This document shows positions 10,861 to 21,907 of a stretch of DNA of 34,583 nt, in pieces. A program made the position numbers and the translations under genes. Within the stretch, counting starts at the first letter, position 1. Every line of letters begins with the position of its first letter. Location of the stretch: NCBI RefSeq assembly GCF_001194135.2, contig NC_068996.1:7201892-7236474 (forward strand), in the 5' to 3' direction. The stretch comes from Octopus bimaculoides (lineage: Eukaryota). The notes under the pieces were generated by a model, which was given only the letters and a program-made list of their open reading frames with translations, did no database searches and was not told the DNA's origin.

Positions 10861-11250
10861 GTAAGATTTCAAACATTAATATTTTCTACATGTGTGTCTA
10901 AAATCATTTTCCTTTCCTTTTCTTTATTCTGGTGCGTATCCAGATGTTTTACATTTTCATTATATTTTCGATGGATTGTTTTTTTACAACTGGTTACAAA
11001 ACCTCATAGAACTGATTATTTAAATGTGCATTATGAACGAAATCTGTTTTATTAGTAAGAGACAGAGAATGACAAATAGCATACACATCAACACAATCAA
11101 TGGATAAAGAAACAGTAGTAGAAATAGTAAAATTTGAACTTATCACAAGATTTGTAGTTTAGAACATTGGTTTTGGTTCCAATATGACAACCTTGGTGTA
11201 TTTTCGTGAGCATGCATGTGTGTGTGTGTACATAATATATATATATGTGT

Positions 11251-11284
<34 letters not shown>

Positions 11285-11699
11285 GTAATATAATTGTAGA
11301 TATGGGGAGGCCCTATTGAAAGCTCTTTATCATAGGCTTGGATGATATGGACGAGCTCTCTGCAGGGCCTCTCACTGTCAAAATGAATTATACACGCTAC
11401 ATAAATATACTGAGTTTCCATTGAAACTATGGTCTTGCCAGATTTATACTGGGCATATTACACATGCACACACACGTGTGTAACAAAGTGCCTGCTTAGG
11501 TCAAATCTGACCATTGGTTTCTGTACCTCAAAAGTTCCTTTCCAAGATTCCTGCTAGGTCAAAATTTTTGTGGAGACAAGGACTCTGCCTACCACTGGAG
11601 ACAAGGATTCTGCCTACCAAGGTAAAGATAAAAGTTGGCGGAACTTAAAAGCACTGTCGTTGCAGGTGTTGTTATCAGAACACAAAATTCTGGAACAGA

Positions 11700-11830
11700 T
11701 AATGCAAGGCACCTCATCCAATTCACTATCAATTTAGCAAATCTGCTTCTCTAGATTTGACACTTGTTTTACCAAGCTTGAAAGAATGAGGGACAAAGTT
11801 TTGCCTTGGAGGAATTTGAACACAGTGTAG
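11700..11830 (-). mobile_element. Degenerate SINE family B fragment
   Basis: ttgaaagaatgagggacaaagttttgccttggaggaatttgaacacag aligns by eye with 4380-4430. Confidence 0.55.
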
Positions 11831-12289
11831 AGAATTAGAAATAATTAATACCATCAAGTAGTTTATTCTTGCTCTAGCAAATTTGCCAATTTGTTGCCTT
11901 AGATACACACAAGATTGCATCAGTTGTATTTATGTACAATACATATCACTAAAGTTTCTGTTATTCAAGGCCAACCCTGCATATTTGAGCAAGGATTTTT
12001 CAAGGAACACTGGCAGCTACTCATGTTTGAATGTCTCTCCGCAGCACAAAACTGATGCATATTCAAAAGGAGAGGCCGTTGACTTGGACCAGCACATATT
12101 GATGCCTGTGTCATCACAGGTGTTATTTTCAGAAAATAAGCAGCTGCAACTGAACTGTGAGGTATCTTACCTGACCCTCTAACAGATCCAATATTCCAAC
12201 ATTTGGATTGGTTTAGAAGTATAAATTCCGAAAGGATAAAAGATGAAATGAGTCTTGAAAATATTTCAGCTCAGTGTGCAGAAATTTCA

Positions 12290-12372
12290 CTTAAATACAT
12301 ATAAAAATGTGTAAATACACAAACACACACACATTCTATGTGTATATGTATATATATATATACACAAACGTG

Positions 12373-12431
<59 letters not shown>

Positions 12432-12550
12432 ATGCATGTTCCTATATGCATGTATTTGTGTGCATATATGTATATGCATGCATTTGTGTGTGTGTGTGTG
12501 TGTGTGTAAATATATATATTCATGCACACACACAAATCTCTACAAATATG

Positions 12551-12587
<37 letters not shown>

Positions 12588-13143
12588 CTGTACATTATAC
12601 ATGTATCCATATATATATCTATCTTATATATATATAAGATGAAGAGTGAAAGTGCATGACATCGGGCTCACAATCACCAGGTAGTGAGTTCAATTAACAG
12701 ACCAGGCTGTATGTTGTGTTCTTGAGCAAGACACTTTATTTCACTTCGCTCCAGTTCACTCGTCTGTAGAAATGAGTTGCAGCATCGCTGGTGCCAAGCT
12801 GCATCGGCCTTTGCCTTTCTCTTGGATATAACATCAGTGGCGTGGAGAGGGGAGCCCGGTATGCATGGGCGACTGCGGGTCTTCCATAAACAACCTTGTC
12901 TGGACTTGTGCCATATACACACTGCTCATGCAAATGTAGATAATGTTTGTGCATATATAGTCGTATGTATATGTACAGATGTATAAACATATATAGCTAT
13001 GCATGTATCTAAATGTATTTTTTTATATGCATATGTATGTTTCATTGTGTGTATGTGTACTTGTGGACATATGTAATGTGTATGCATTTGTCTATACATG
13101 TAGATAAGTTTGTATGTGTATATATGTTTGTGTATGTATGTGC

Positions 13144-13228
<85 letters not shown>

Positions 13229-13560
13229 TGCATGTGTATATATTTATGTGCATGTCTTAGTATGTGTGTTGCTATGTGCATGTGTCCATGTGCATGGACA
13301 ATTGTGTATATCTAAATGTATTTCTTCATATGTATATGCATATGTATCTTTCAATGTGTGTATATGTATACAAGTGTGTATGCATTTGTCTATATCTGTA
13401 GATAAGTACGCATGTGTGTATTTATATAGGTATATAGATCTGTATATATGTATTATCAGTTAACATCTGTTTATCTATGCTTACTTGGGTTGTGCATGTA
13501 TGTATGCATATGAATATATATACACATACATCCATGGATATGCGTGTGTGTGTGTGTAAA
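12290..13560. repeat. Compound (TA)n/(TG)n/(CA)n microsatellite field (interrupted by a SINE)
   Basis: Directly visible. It produces all the [12 protein letters not shown] pseudo-ORFs in the track. Confidence 0.95.
12645..12912 (+). mobile_element. Degenerate tRNA-derived SINE (family D)
   Basis: ctcacaatcaccaggtagtGAGTTCAATT (anticodon arm/B-box remnant) then tgtgttcttgagcaagacactttatttcac..ctccagttcact, a typical SINE central domain. GC-richer island inside microsatellites. Confidence 0.65.
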
Positions 13561-14243
13561 CATTTAATCCATATTCATTCATCACATGAAATATATTTTG
13601 TTGGACTGACAATTACGGATGAAATGTTTACCGAAATCTTTGACAGATTCTTTGAACTTCTCAGCCTTTGGAATATATATTCATATAAATTAAATATAAG
13701 GATAAAATCTATATAAGATTTTATCAAGTAGCCAGCGTGTAAAACCAATTAAGGTAAAAAATTAATACTAAGTATATAAATTTTGAAAATACATTATAAC
13801 ATTAAGGGCTTATTATTATTAGTAAAGCCACATGCTGTGTATATTATGATCAAGTAGTTTGACTTTAGAGTCCCTTTCCAGCGTCTGTCTTTACTTTTAG
13901 TAACAGCCCTTCATGTAATTATATGTATATGTTTGTGTGCATGCAGGTATACATAAGCAGTTTCTCCATGGAGGGTTAAAGATGATACTCAGTTTTAGGC
14001 CAGTGCTGAAATTTCATCTGTAACTATTTTGGCTGATCCCTGTTCATGGAGCTTATGCATACAAAGACAAACTTGTTTACATCATCCCTCTATTACAGTG
14101 TTTATATATATATATATACATACACGCTGCACTAATTATAGCATTAAAAGTAGTCCCTACCCACCAGAAACGTGTGTGTGTATGTAATATTTATGCATGT
14201 ATGATTATGTAAGACCACTGTAAGCACATACACACATGCATGC

Positions 14244-14281
<38 letters not shown>

Positions 14282-14381
14282 NNNNNNNNNNNNNNNNNNN
14301 NNNNNNNNNNNNNNNNNNNNNNNNNNNNNNNNNNNNNNNNNNNNNNNNNNNNNNNNNNNNNNNNNNNNNNNNNNNNNNNNN
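14282..14381. other. Assembly gap (100 N) inside a (TA)n tract
   Basis: Run of N flanked by (TA)n on both sides. Confidence 1.
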
Positions 14382-14424
<43 letters not shown>

Positions 14425-14940
14425 TTTGTTTGTGTGTATCTGTATTGAGGTTTGTATGTTAAGCAACATCTTTATGGTGTGTGTATGGTTGGCACAGATA
14501 TGATTTAAAATAACAGAATGTCTAGATCGGAAAATAATATAAGAAATATTTGTTTATTGGTGCTCTTGTTGCTGGTTTATACATCTGTGTGTGTGTGTGA
14601 GTGTTTGTACATATACATGCATGTCACATAATGTAGTAAGTAGATAAAAAAACGGTGTCTCAAAAGTTATGAGACCTATCTATATGACCTGTCACCAGAA
14701 GGAAAATAGATATATTGAATGTCATCTTGATACTAATTACTACAATGGAGTTGCTCCTACTGAAGTCAAATGCTTTGGTAACTATGTAGGCTTCTCTTTC
14801 CTTCACCCCAGCATATACTCCCAGCATTCTTTTGACTAAGACTCTAAATGATCATTCAGTCTAAAAAAAAATAGTAGTCAAATCTCCTGTAAATCATTTT
14901 GTACCATTAAAATGCACAAAAATAAGGAAGGATATCTTAA

Positions 14941-15161
14941 CCCTTTCGTTACCAACCCAGCTGAAACCGGCTCTGGCTCTGTAGTGCAAATGTCTTGTTT
15001 TCATAAGTTCTGAATTAACATCTTCCACCAAACCTTAGTCACAATTTATATTCCTAACACTAGCTGAATGATAGCTAAGTTATTTTACTAAATTCTTTGT
15101 TATATTTAAAATAATTGGAACAAACACAGAACATCTCAACAGAAATACAGTAACGAAAGGG
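14941..15161. mobile_element. TTAA-specific (piggyBac-type) MITE, 221 bp
   Basis: TTAA|CCCTTTCGTTAC ... GTAACGAAAGGG|TTAA: perfect 12-bp TIRs and a TTAA duplication. Inserted within a family C repeat. Confidence 0.92.
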
Positions 15162-16662
15162 TTAAATGATGTAGTTCTAAATAGATAATTCCCCAAAGGA
15201 TAGTCATGGCTGGGATGCTTTGATTATAAGTTTTAGTCCATGTTAACTTGGTGCTCAACAGCAATTACAACCATACCTCCTTGCAACACTAAAAGTTTGC
15301 ATCATCATTTGTAAAGTTTGGCTTTTCACAAATTTTTCACTTGAATATTTCAATTATACCTGTAAATGGGTGTGGACAGCCTTAGAAGCAAAATGTATTT
15401 AACAAAGTCTCACTTCCTCAATTTTCTTTTCTCTGTGGGGTTTGTTTTCAGTCCCACTCACTAAAATTAAGATAACCAAACCATGTTTGTCTTCAGTCTT
15501 TATTGTCTGATTTAACTCTTTTCAAGCCATATTCTTTTTTTTAAAAATTTACCATTTATCTGCTTTAATTAATATTGAAAATAATGTACTTGGAAGCATT
15601 TAGTGAAAAGTAACTAATTAGGCTCTTTGATAGAATTAATCTTAACACTAAGTTCTAATATAAATTAATAATGGAAGATTTTAATATAGAATTCAAACAT
15701 TTTGAAATTTGAGGTTTTGTATCAGTAGTCTAGAAATGCTCTCAGGCAGATTGGTTTCACTTCCTAGCCTCTTCAAGCAGGACAGGAAAGTCCTTTTGCA
15801 AGCATTTTGACAAGGTCTCCAAACACAACAAGCTATAAGTTGTAGCTTCTTCCTTGCTTTTCCTCTCTACTATCAGTTTTAGAAACCAAGTAGGAATGTA
15901 TACGCTTTTTCCTCAGCCTCTCACTAAATCACAAACTGATATCTTTCTCAACATAGTTTGTTATAAAATGTTCTGGAGATAATGTCTAGCTATTGAAGGT
16001 ACTTCATATTTTACTATTGTCCACACAACAACACTCATACACACCAGTACCACCATGAGCTGCGCACCAATGCTACAACTGTACATCACAGGCCAACACT
16101 GTCATTGTATACCTCAAACAAGCAACACTGCTCTATGTACACCATACATCAACACCACTATATGTAATGCATGAATGCTGTCATACAGGGGCATACTGCC
16201 TCACGCAGACACACTGCAATACAACTGCACATGACAACTCTCTACTATACAACAGTTGTCATAGAACCTTGTACTTCTGTCTTTTGTAGAAGTACAAGGT
16301 CCTATAGTGCACTATAGAAGTACAAGTTACTTTGATTGCACCAAGCCTAAAATCCACACCTGGGTGTATATGAAATCATACACCACCAAATCAAGCTTAT
16401 TTCAGATTGCCAAATCTAATGTAATTATTTATCAACTGAAAACCAGTCACCTGCCTGACTAGCATAAACCTTTCCACTAATGCTCATTTTATGGATTTCT
16501 CAATTTTTCCTATTTTGGTTGTAAATTACTTTATGCGATCAGAATATTAACAAGTCTGCTGATTTATTAATAAAATATAACAAAGAAAAATAAAATATAG
16601 AGTATAAAGCTCTACAAGTCAATGTGTTCTTGGTGCTGCTAGCAACTAAGACTGATCTGATT

Positions 16663-16935
16663 ATCTTTTACTTGTTGCAGTCACTTCACTGCAGCCATGC
16701 TGGAGCACCGCCTTCAAGGGTTCCTTTTTTTTTAATATTTAGTCGAGCAAATCAACCTTATGACATATTTCTAAAGTCTAGTACTTCTTCTATTGGTATC
16801 TTTTTGCTGAACCTCTAAGTTACAGGAACATAAACACACCAATTCCGGTTGCCAATCATTGGTGGGGGATAAACACGCACACTCACACAGATGATGGGGC
16901 TTCTTTCAGTTTCCATTTACCAAATCCACTCACAA
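16663..16935 (-). mobile_element. SINE family A, headless
   Basis: gccatgctggagcaccgcc..ttctttcagtttccatttaccaaatccactcacaa matches 5610-5900. Confidence 0.85.
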
Positions 16936-17384
16936 ATTACATCCTTCAGTCATCATCATTTTTTTGAGTGATTTTTCCATGGTGGCAGAGATTGAGAGAG
17001 AATTCTTGAGGCAGTATTCTATGGCCAGGTTGCTTTTCATGAACTTTAACCTTAACTTGTTTCCAAGTTAGGTTTTTTTGGTCAGTGACTTTGTGTGTTA
17101 CACTACTGCTGGATGTTTTGTTTATGAGAGACAATGTCATTGCTGTTGAGATAATGTAATTGCTAAGATACATGAATACATACACATATGCATATGTATG
17201 TATATTTTAAGATCCACAAGATCAGAACTTCACTGCAGCTCTTGGTGGTCCAAAGCAGATATGCTATTTATGTGGGTGTCTTTTCAAAATATTGCCTGGT
17301 TTAAAAACCCACATCAGATGCCATGATAGATCTAAGGTGTAAGTACAAGAGGTGGTCAATTTCTGTATAAGGAGTAGACAACCA

Positions 17385-17438
<54 letters not shown>

Positions 17439-17849
17439 ATAATAATACTATAAAAAGAGACAGATCCTCTGAAGTGAAATCATAAATCATATTTTGAAGA
17501 ACCTACAAGAATAGGTGCAAGCACTAATATTTATAAAACATGTGACATATTAATAAAAATCTGTAAATGTACAACCATCCAGATATCTGAGTACCTTATT
17601 ATTTTTTCTAATATATAATTCCTGTACATCACCTCCAAACCTTCCAATATATATATATGCACACATCGTGTGTGAGAGCATGTGTTACTGTCTCCTTGCT
17701 TTGACAGTGTCCTTCATTCCCAATCTTTGTGGAAACATGTCTGGTTTTGGAGAAGTGAGGGTTGGCAACAGGAAGAGTGTCCAGCTGCAGTAGATCTCTC
17801 ACAAAAATTCTTTCTGAACCTTGCAAGCAAGTGGAAGTTAGTGATCATG

Positions 17850-18005
17850 CACACACATGATAGGCTTGTACAGTTTCCACTTAACAAAATTTCACTCATG
17901 AGATATTGGTCAACTTAGGCTATAACAGATTTACTTGCCCAAGGTATTATGCAATGGGATTGAACTGGAAACCATGTGATTTGAAGTAAATTTCACGACT
18001 ACAGG
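17850..18005 (-). mobile_element. SINE family A-type head fragment
   Basis: acttgcccaaggtattatgcaatgggattgaactggaaaccatgtg matches 5933-5980. Confidence 0.65.
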
Positions 18006-18687
18006 AGTATGTTTTTTTTTTTATTATTATTATTCTCAATGCAATATGTCCAGATAAAATTTTAAAAAAATATTGCCTTTAATTTTTACAGTTGGATGAT
18101 TTGTGCTGGCAAGTAAAATAAAAACACAGATAAAAGAAACCAATTAAATATTTGACTTAATTTGCATATCCGTGCAGCACAAGTCAATTATTATTTTATG
18201 TTTGTATCAAATCTTCCCCTCCTTCTCCTCCCCCATTTTGTGCAGTATTGCACATCCTTTGTGTTATTCTTCAAATTATCCAAAGAAGAAAAGGAATCTA
18301 ATAATATAAAAACCTGTGATGAATCATGGTTTATGACTGTTTTCCATTCATTGCATGGAATTTTCATATTATGGCACTTATTTCAGTTTGGTGTCTCTGA
18401 TTAAAAACAAATCCAACTTTAGAGTAAAATAAAAGCATCTCTACACATTCCATCAATAATCTTAGACCTCTTGAACCATTTTCTGCTGGTTCCATAATCT
18501 ATCTGGTATTGGTTAGTTAATCCTTCTCCAATTATTTATGTGGGTAAATTCTTTAAGAGACATCTGCAGAGATATTGGATATTGCAAAATGCTTTTTATA
18601 GATTCTAATCTTCATAAATCAAGCAAAGTTTGAAAAGAAGAAAGCAACTGGATTTAATTTCATTCATTATAATATATATATATATGT

Positions 18688-18741
<54 letters not shown>

Positions 18742-19133
18742 TTATATATAAAAACTGTTTTTATTTTAAAATAAAATAAAATTTTATCTGGAGTCTAAAT
18801 CATTTAACCCCGATATTATGATAAAACCTAAAACCATATTGTTTTACCATAATACACAGTAGCAGCAACATTATTATTATTATTACTAATGGTAGTGGTG
18901 GTTTGTTAGCTGTCAATTGCAAAGTAATTATGACAATCATTATAAATTAGCTGCTGGAGATAGAATCTCTCCTTGTACTGTTCTATCGCCAGGATAGTCT
19001 GTTGCTTCCTTATCTTCGTTTTCACACTTCCCCATTACCATTTTTAGTTTTTAATTTTTTATATTAAGTTTGCCCAGAGTTATTATTTTGCCCCTTGTCA
19101 GTCTGTTGACCCTAACTAAGCAGACTATATTAA

Positions 19134-19617
19134 CCCTTTTGATACTAACCTGTTACTGACGATCATTCCTGCTTCTATGATAGCAACTTCCTGTTTTAAA
19201 GCGATCAAAATTTCATACTTAATCTTTTATCTTTTACTTATTTGTCATTAGACTGTGACCATGCTGGGGCGCCACCTTGAGGAATTTTTAGTCAACCCAA
19301 TTTTATCAGTCTCATTAGCTGAACTACTACGTTATGGGGACATAAACACACCAACGCCAGTTGTCAAGTGCTTAGTAAGGGACACATACACGCACACATT
19401 TTCTGCCTACCAAACTACCAAATCCACTTAAAAGTCTTTGATTGGCCTGAGATTATAGTAGTAGAACTGAACCCAGAATTATGTGGTTGGGAATTAAGCT
19501 TCTTACCATACTATCATACCTGTGCCTAATAATCACAAAACTTATTTTACTAGATTCTTTATTCTAAAAATGAATAAAAACCAAATCTATTTCAGAAAAA
19601 ATATGGTAACAAAACAG
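19134..19617. mobile_element. TTAA MITE interrupted by a SINE A copy (about 19229-19529, minus)
   Basis: TTAA|CCCTTTTGATAC at 19130-19145 and tatggtaacaaaacag|TTAA at about 19602-19621. The two halves resemble 14941-15161 and the middle matches SINE A. Confidence 0.7.
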
Positions 19618-20624
19618 TTAAAAGGCACATTCAGGTTACAACAGCCATTTTTTTTTTTTTTTTGTGAACATAGTCTATGACTATTCAATTCATCCTTCAA
19701 ATTTCTTTTTGTTTGATTTAAGGTAGTATAATGTAATTTAAGGAAGATTAGGCTGCTATTTCAAGTAGGTCAAACATCCACATAGGTTTAGTTGTTGACT
19801 TGAGCTGATGTGTTTTCTTTTTGTGTCTAAAATGAATTTAGGTGCTATCAGAAGTGAACAGAGATATTAGATATAATACAGTTGGACAAAGGCCCTAGAG
19901 GGGTGGTATACTAATAGCTGTTACTGAATGTGGTATAGTCAATCCAAGAGCATAGTCTTCAGTGATGTAATAGTATTATAGATACAATACCAACTTTCCA
20001 GTTATTGATGATCTCAAACATTTTATAATCCACACTGATTTTAAGCAGAAATTTTAAATTCTCACAGCTGCCTGACTAGTTTCCTGGGTAGCCCTGTTTC
20101 ATAATACTTTTGACAGTACAGTATTAATAAACATGTATCGTTTATACTAACGTATAGAGATCCTGTATTTAATTTAATCATTTAGGTAAGCTTAATAACC
20201 AGAATAGGCTTTGGAACTAAAGGTTCTGGAAAAAATCAATGTTGTACTTGTATTAATAATTATTAACTTGACCTGTATTAATAATTATTAACTTGATTAG
20301 AACAAGCACAGACGACTACACCTACCTCAATATTTTGCTAATATTAATTTATCAACTAAGGTAGAATTGTTAACATACTGGACAACATGCCAACGGTTGT
20401 TCTGTGTGTTCACCATCTGTTCTTATTGGAGCTTTCGGCACAAATGACAAGCAGTACAGCATGTCATTTCCAAATTTCTGGCAGAGTGGATTGTGTCAGG
20501 GTGCTGTTTTACTCACAGACAGTGCCTAACTGGTCCTACTATACTGTGTAGTCGACAAAATCAAAACCAAACAATGCGCATGCACGAAATTAAAAATATG
20601 AAATGGCGACAATTTACCCATCAC

Positions 20625-20830
20625 AGCCTCTGTGTGTGTGTGTTTGTCCCATCACTGCCTGACAACTGGTGTTGGCGTGTTTACATCCCTGTAACTTAGC
20701 AATTCAGCAAAAGAGTCCGATAGAATATTAGGCTTAAAAGATAAGTCCTGGAGGTGATTTGTACAACTAAGACCCTTGAAGGTGGTGTTCCAGCATGGCT
20801 GTAGTCAAATGACTGAAACAAGTAATAGAA
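20625..20830 (+). mobile_element. SINE family A 3' half, sense orientation
   Basis: gtgtttgtccc..gtaacttagcaattcagcaaaagag..ggtggtgttccagcatggctgtagtcaaatgactgaaacaagtaa. Confidence 0.85.
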
Positions 20831-21140
20831 TATCTATATAGTATGTAGATAGGGTTATAATCCAAGCTGTGTTCTTATAAAGCACATCTGCATATTCCAG
20901 TGCTCCAAAATTGTATACAGATGTTATGATTGTATAAGGTACGCATAAGGATAGAAAAATACTGGAAAATAGTTTTGCAGAGTAATTATATATTAAAACA
21001 GGAAATTGGAAAATAATTGTTTGGTATTATTTATTCACCATTACATGGATTTCATTTGCTAATAGGAGTTACAAGACTGTACATGTAGAAGACACAGGGA
21101 AGATATCTCCTATTGGAAATTTTTCAGACACAGTCAAATA

Positions 21141-21178
<38 letters not shown>

Positions 21179-21260
21179 TATATACTTTTATAAAACAAAT
21201 TTTACAAAATATATAGTATCTGTTAACAGTCTTAGCAAAAAGCTCACAGGTGAGTTTTTG

Positions 21261-21490
21261 TATATATATATGTATATATGTCTCTTAAAAGATAGAGCTC
21301 AAAATCAATGCATTGAAGATACTTTATTGCAGCAACAATTATAATAACAGAAACAACCACAATAAGCTGAACCTACGCACATTTCAATAGGGTATCTCGG
21401 ATAAATAAACCACATCATAAGATGTCTCGTAAAATATTGTAACAAATTTTGAGCTCTATCTTTTAAGAGACATATATACATATATATATA
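21261..21490. repeat. Perfect 45-bp inverted repeat enclosing a 140-bp spacer
   Basis: tatatatatatgtatatatgtctcttaaaagatagagctcaaaat (21261-21305) is the exact reverse complement of 21446-21490. Confidence 0.92.
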
Positions 21491-21627
21491 TATATATACC
21501 AACTAGAAGAATGACAGAGCTTCTCTGTTATGTTTGAGAGGAAGTTAAAAATAGAACTAGTATCATCTGTATTTTTAGTGAAGAATCTAGTTCACCATTG
21601 TCTAACAAAGCTCAGTTTTTAAGAGCT

Positions 21628-21662
<35 letters not shown>

Positions 21663-21907
21663 TATATGCATACATATATGTACATACCTACATATATATG
21701 TATATATACATGCATATATCGGTACAGGACATCAAAAAACATAGACGCAATGAGAAAACGAAAACATAAAAACAAAAACATAGAAAACAAACCATTTTCG
21801 AACAACGGAAAAAATCTCCCAGGGAAATGAGACATGCAACATAAAGAACATTCCCCTACATCAGTTGTCCCTGTTTCATCTACTCCGCGTTTTGAAGGTA
21901 TATATAT

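Noticed and set aside
10861-10901. 515-aa ORF as a complete single-exon protein
   Set aside because: It lacks C1b, M2 and C2, which a functional AC needs. A canonical donor at 10861 explains the end. A truncated intron-retaining isoform is possible but unsupported.
13140-13230. Z-DNA/cruciform-forming (TG)n(TA)n as a functional element
   Set aside because: Such tracts are ubiquitous across this window, and nothing singles this one out.
12287-13716. Many 65-117-aa ORFs
   Set aside because: [12 protein letters not shown] translations of dinucleotide microsatellites, which lack stops in several frames.
15512-15760. Additional eroded TTAA MITE
   Set aside because: The left end (ttaactcttttc..ccatatt) and some interior resemble the family, but the right TIR and TSD are not recognisable.
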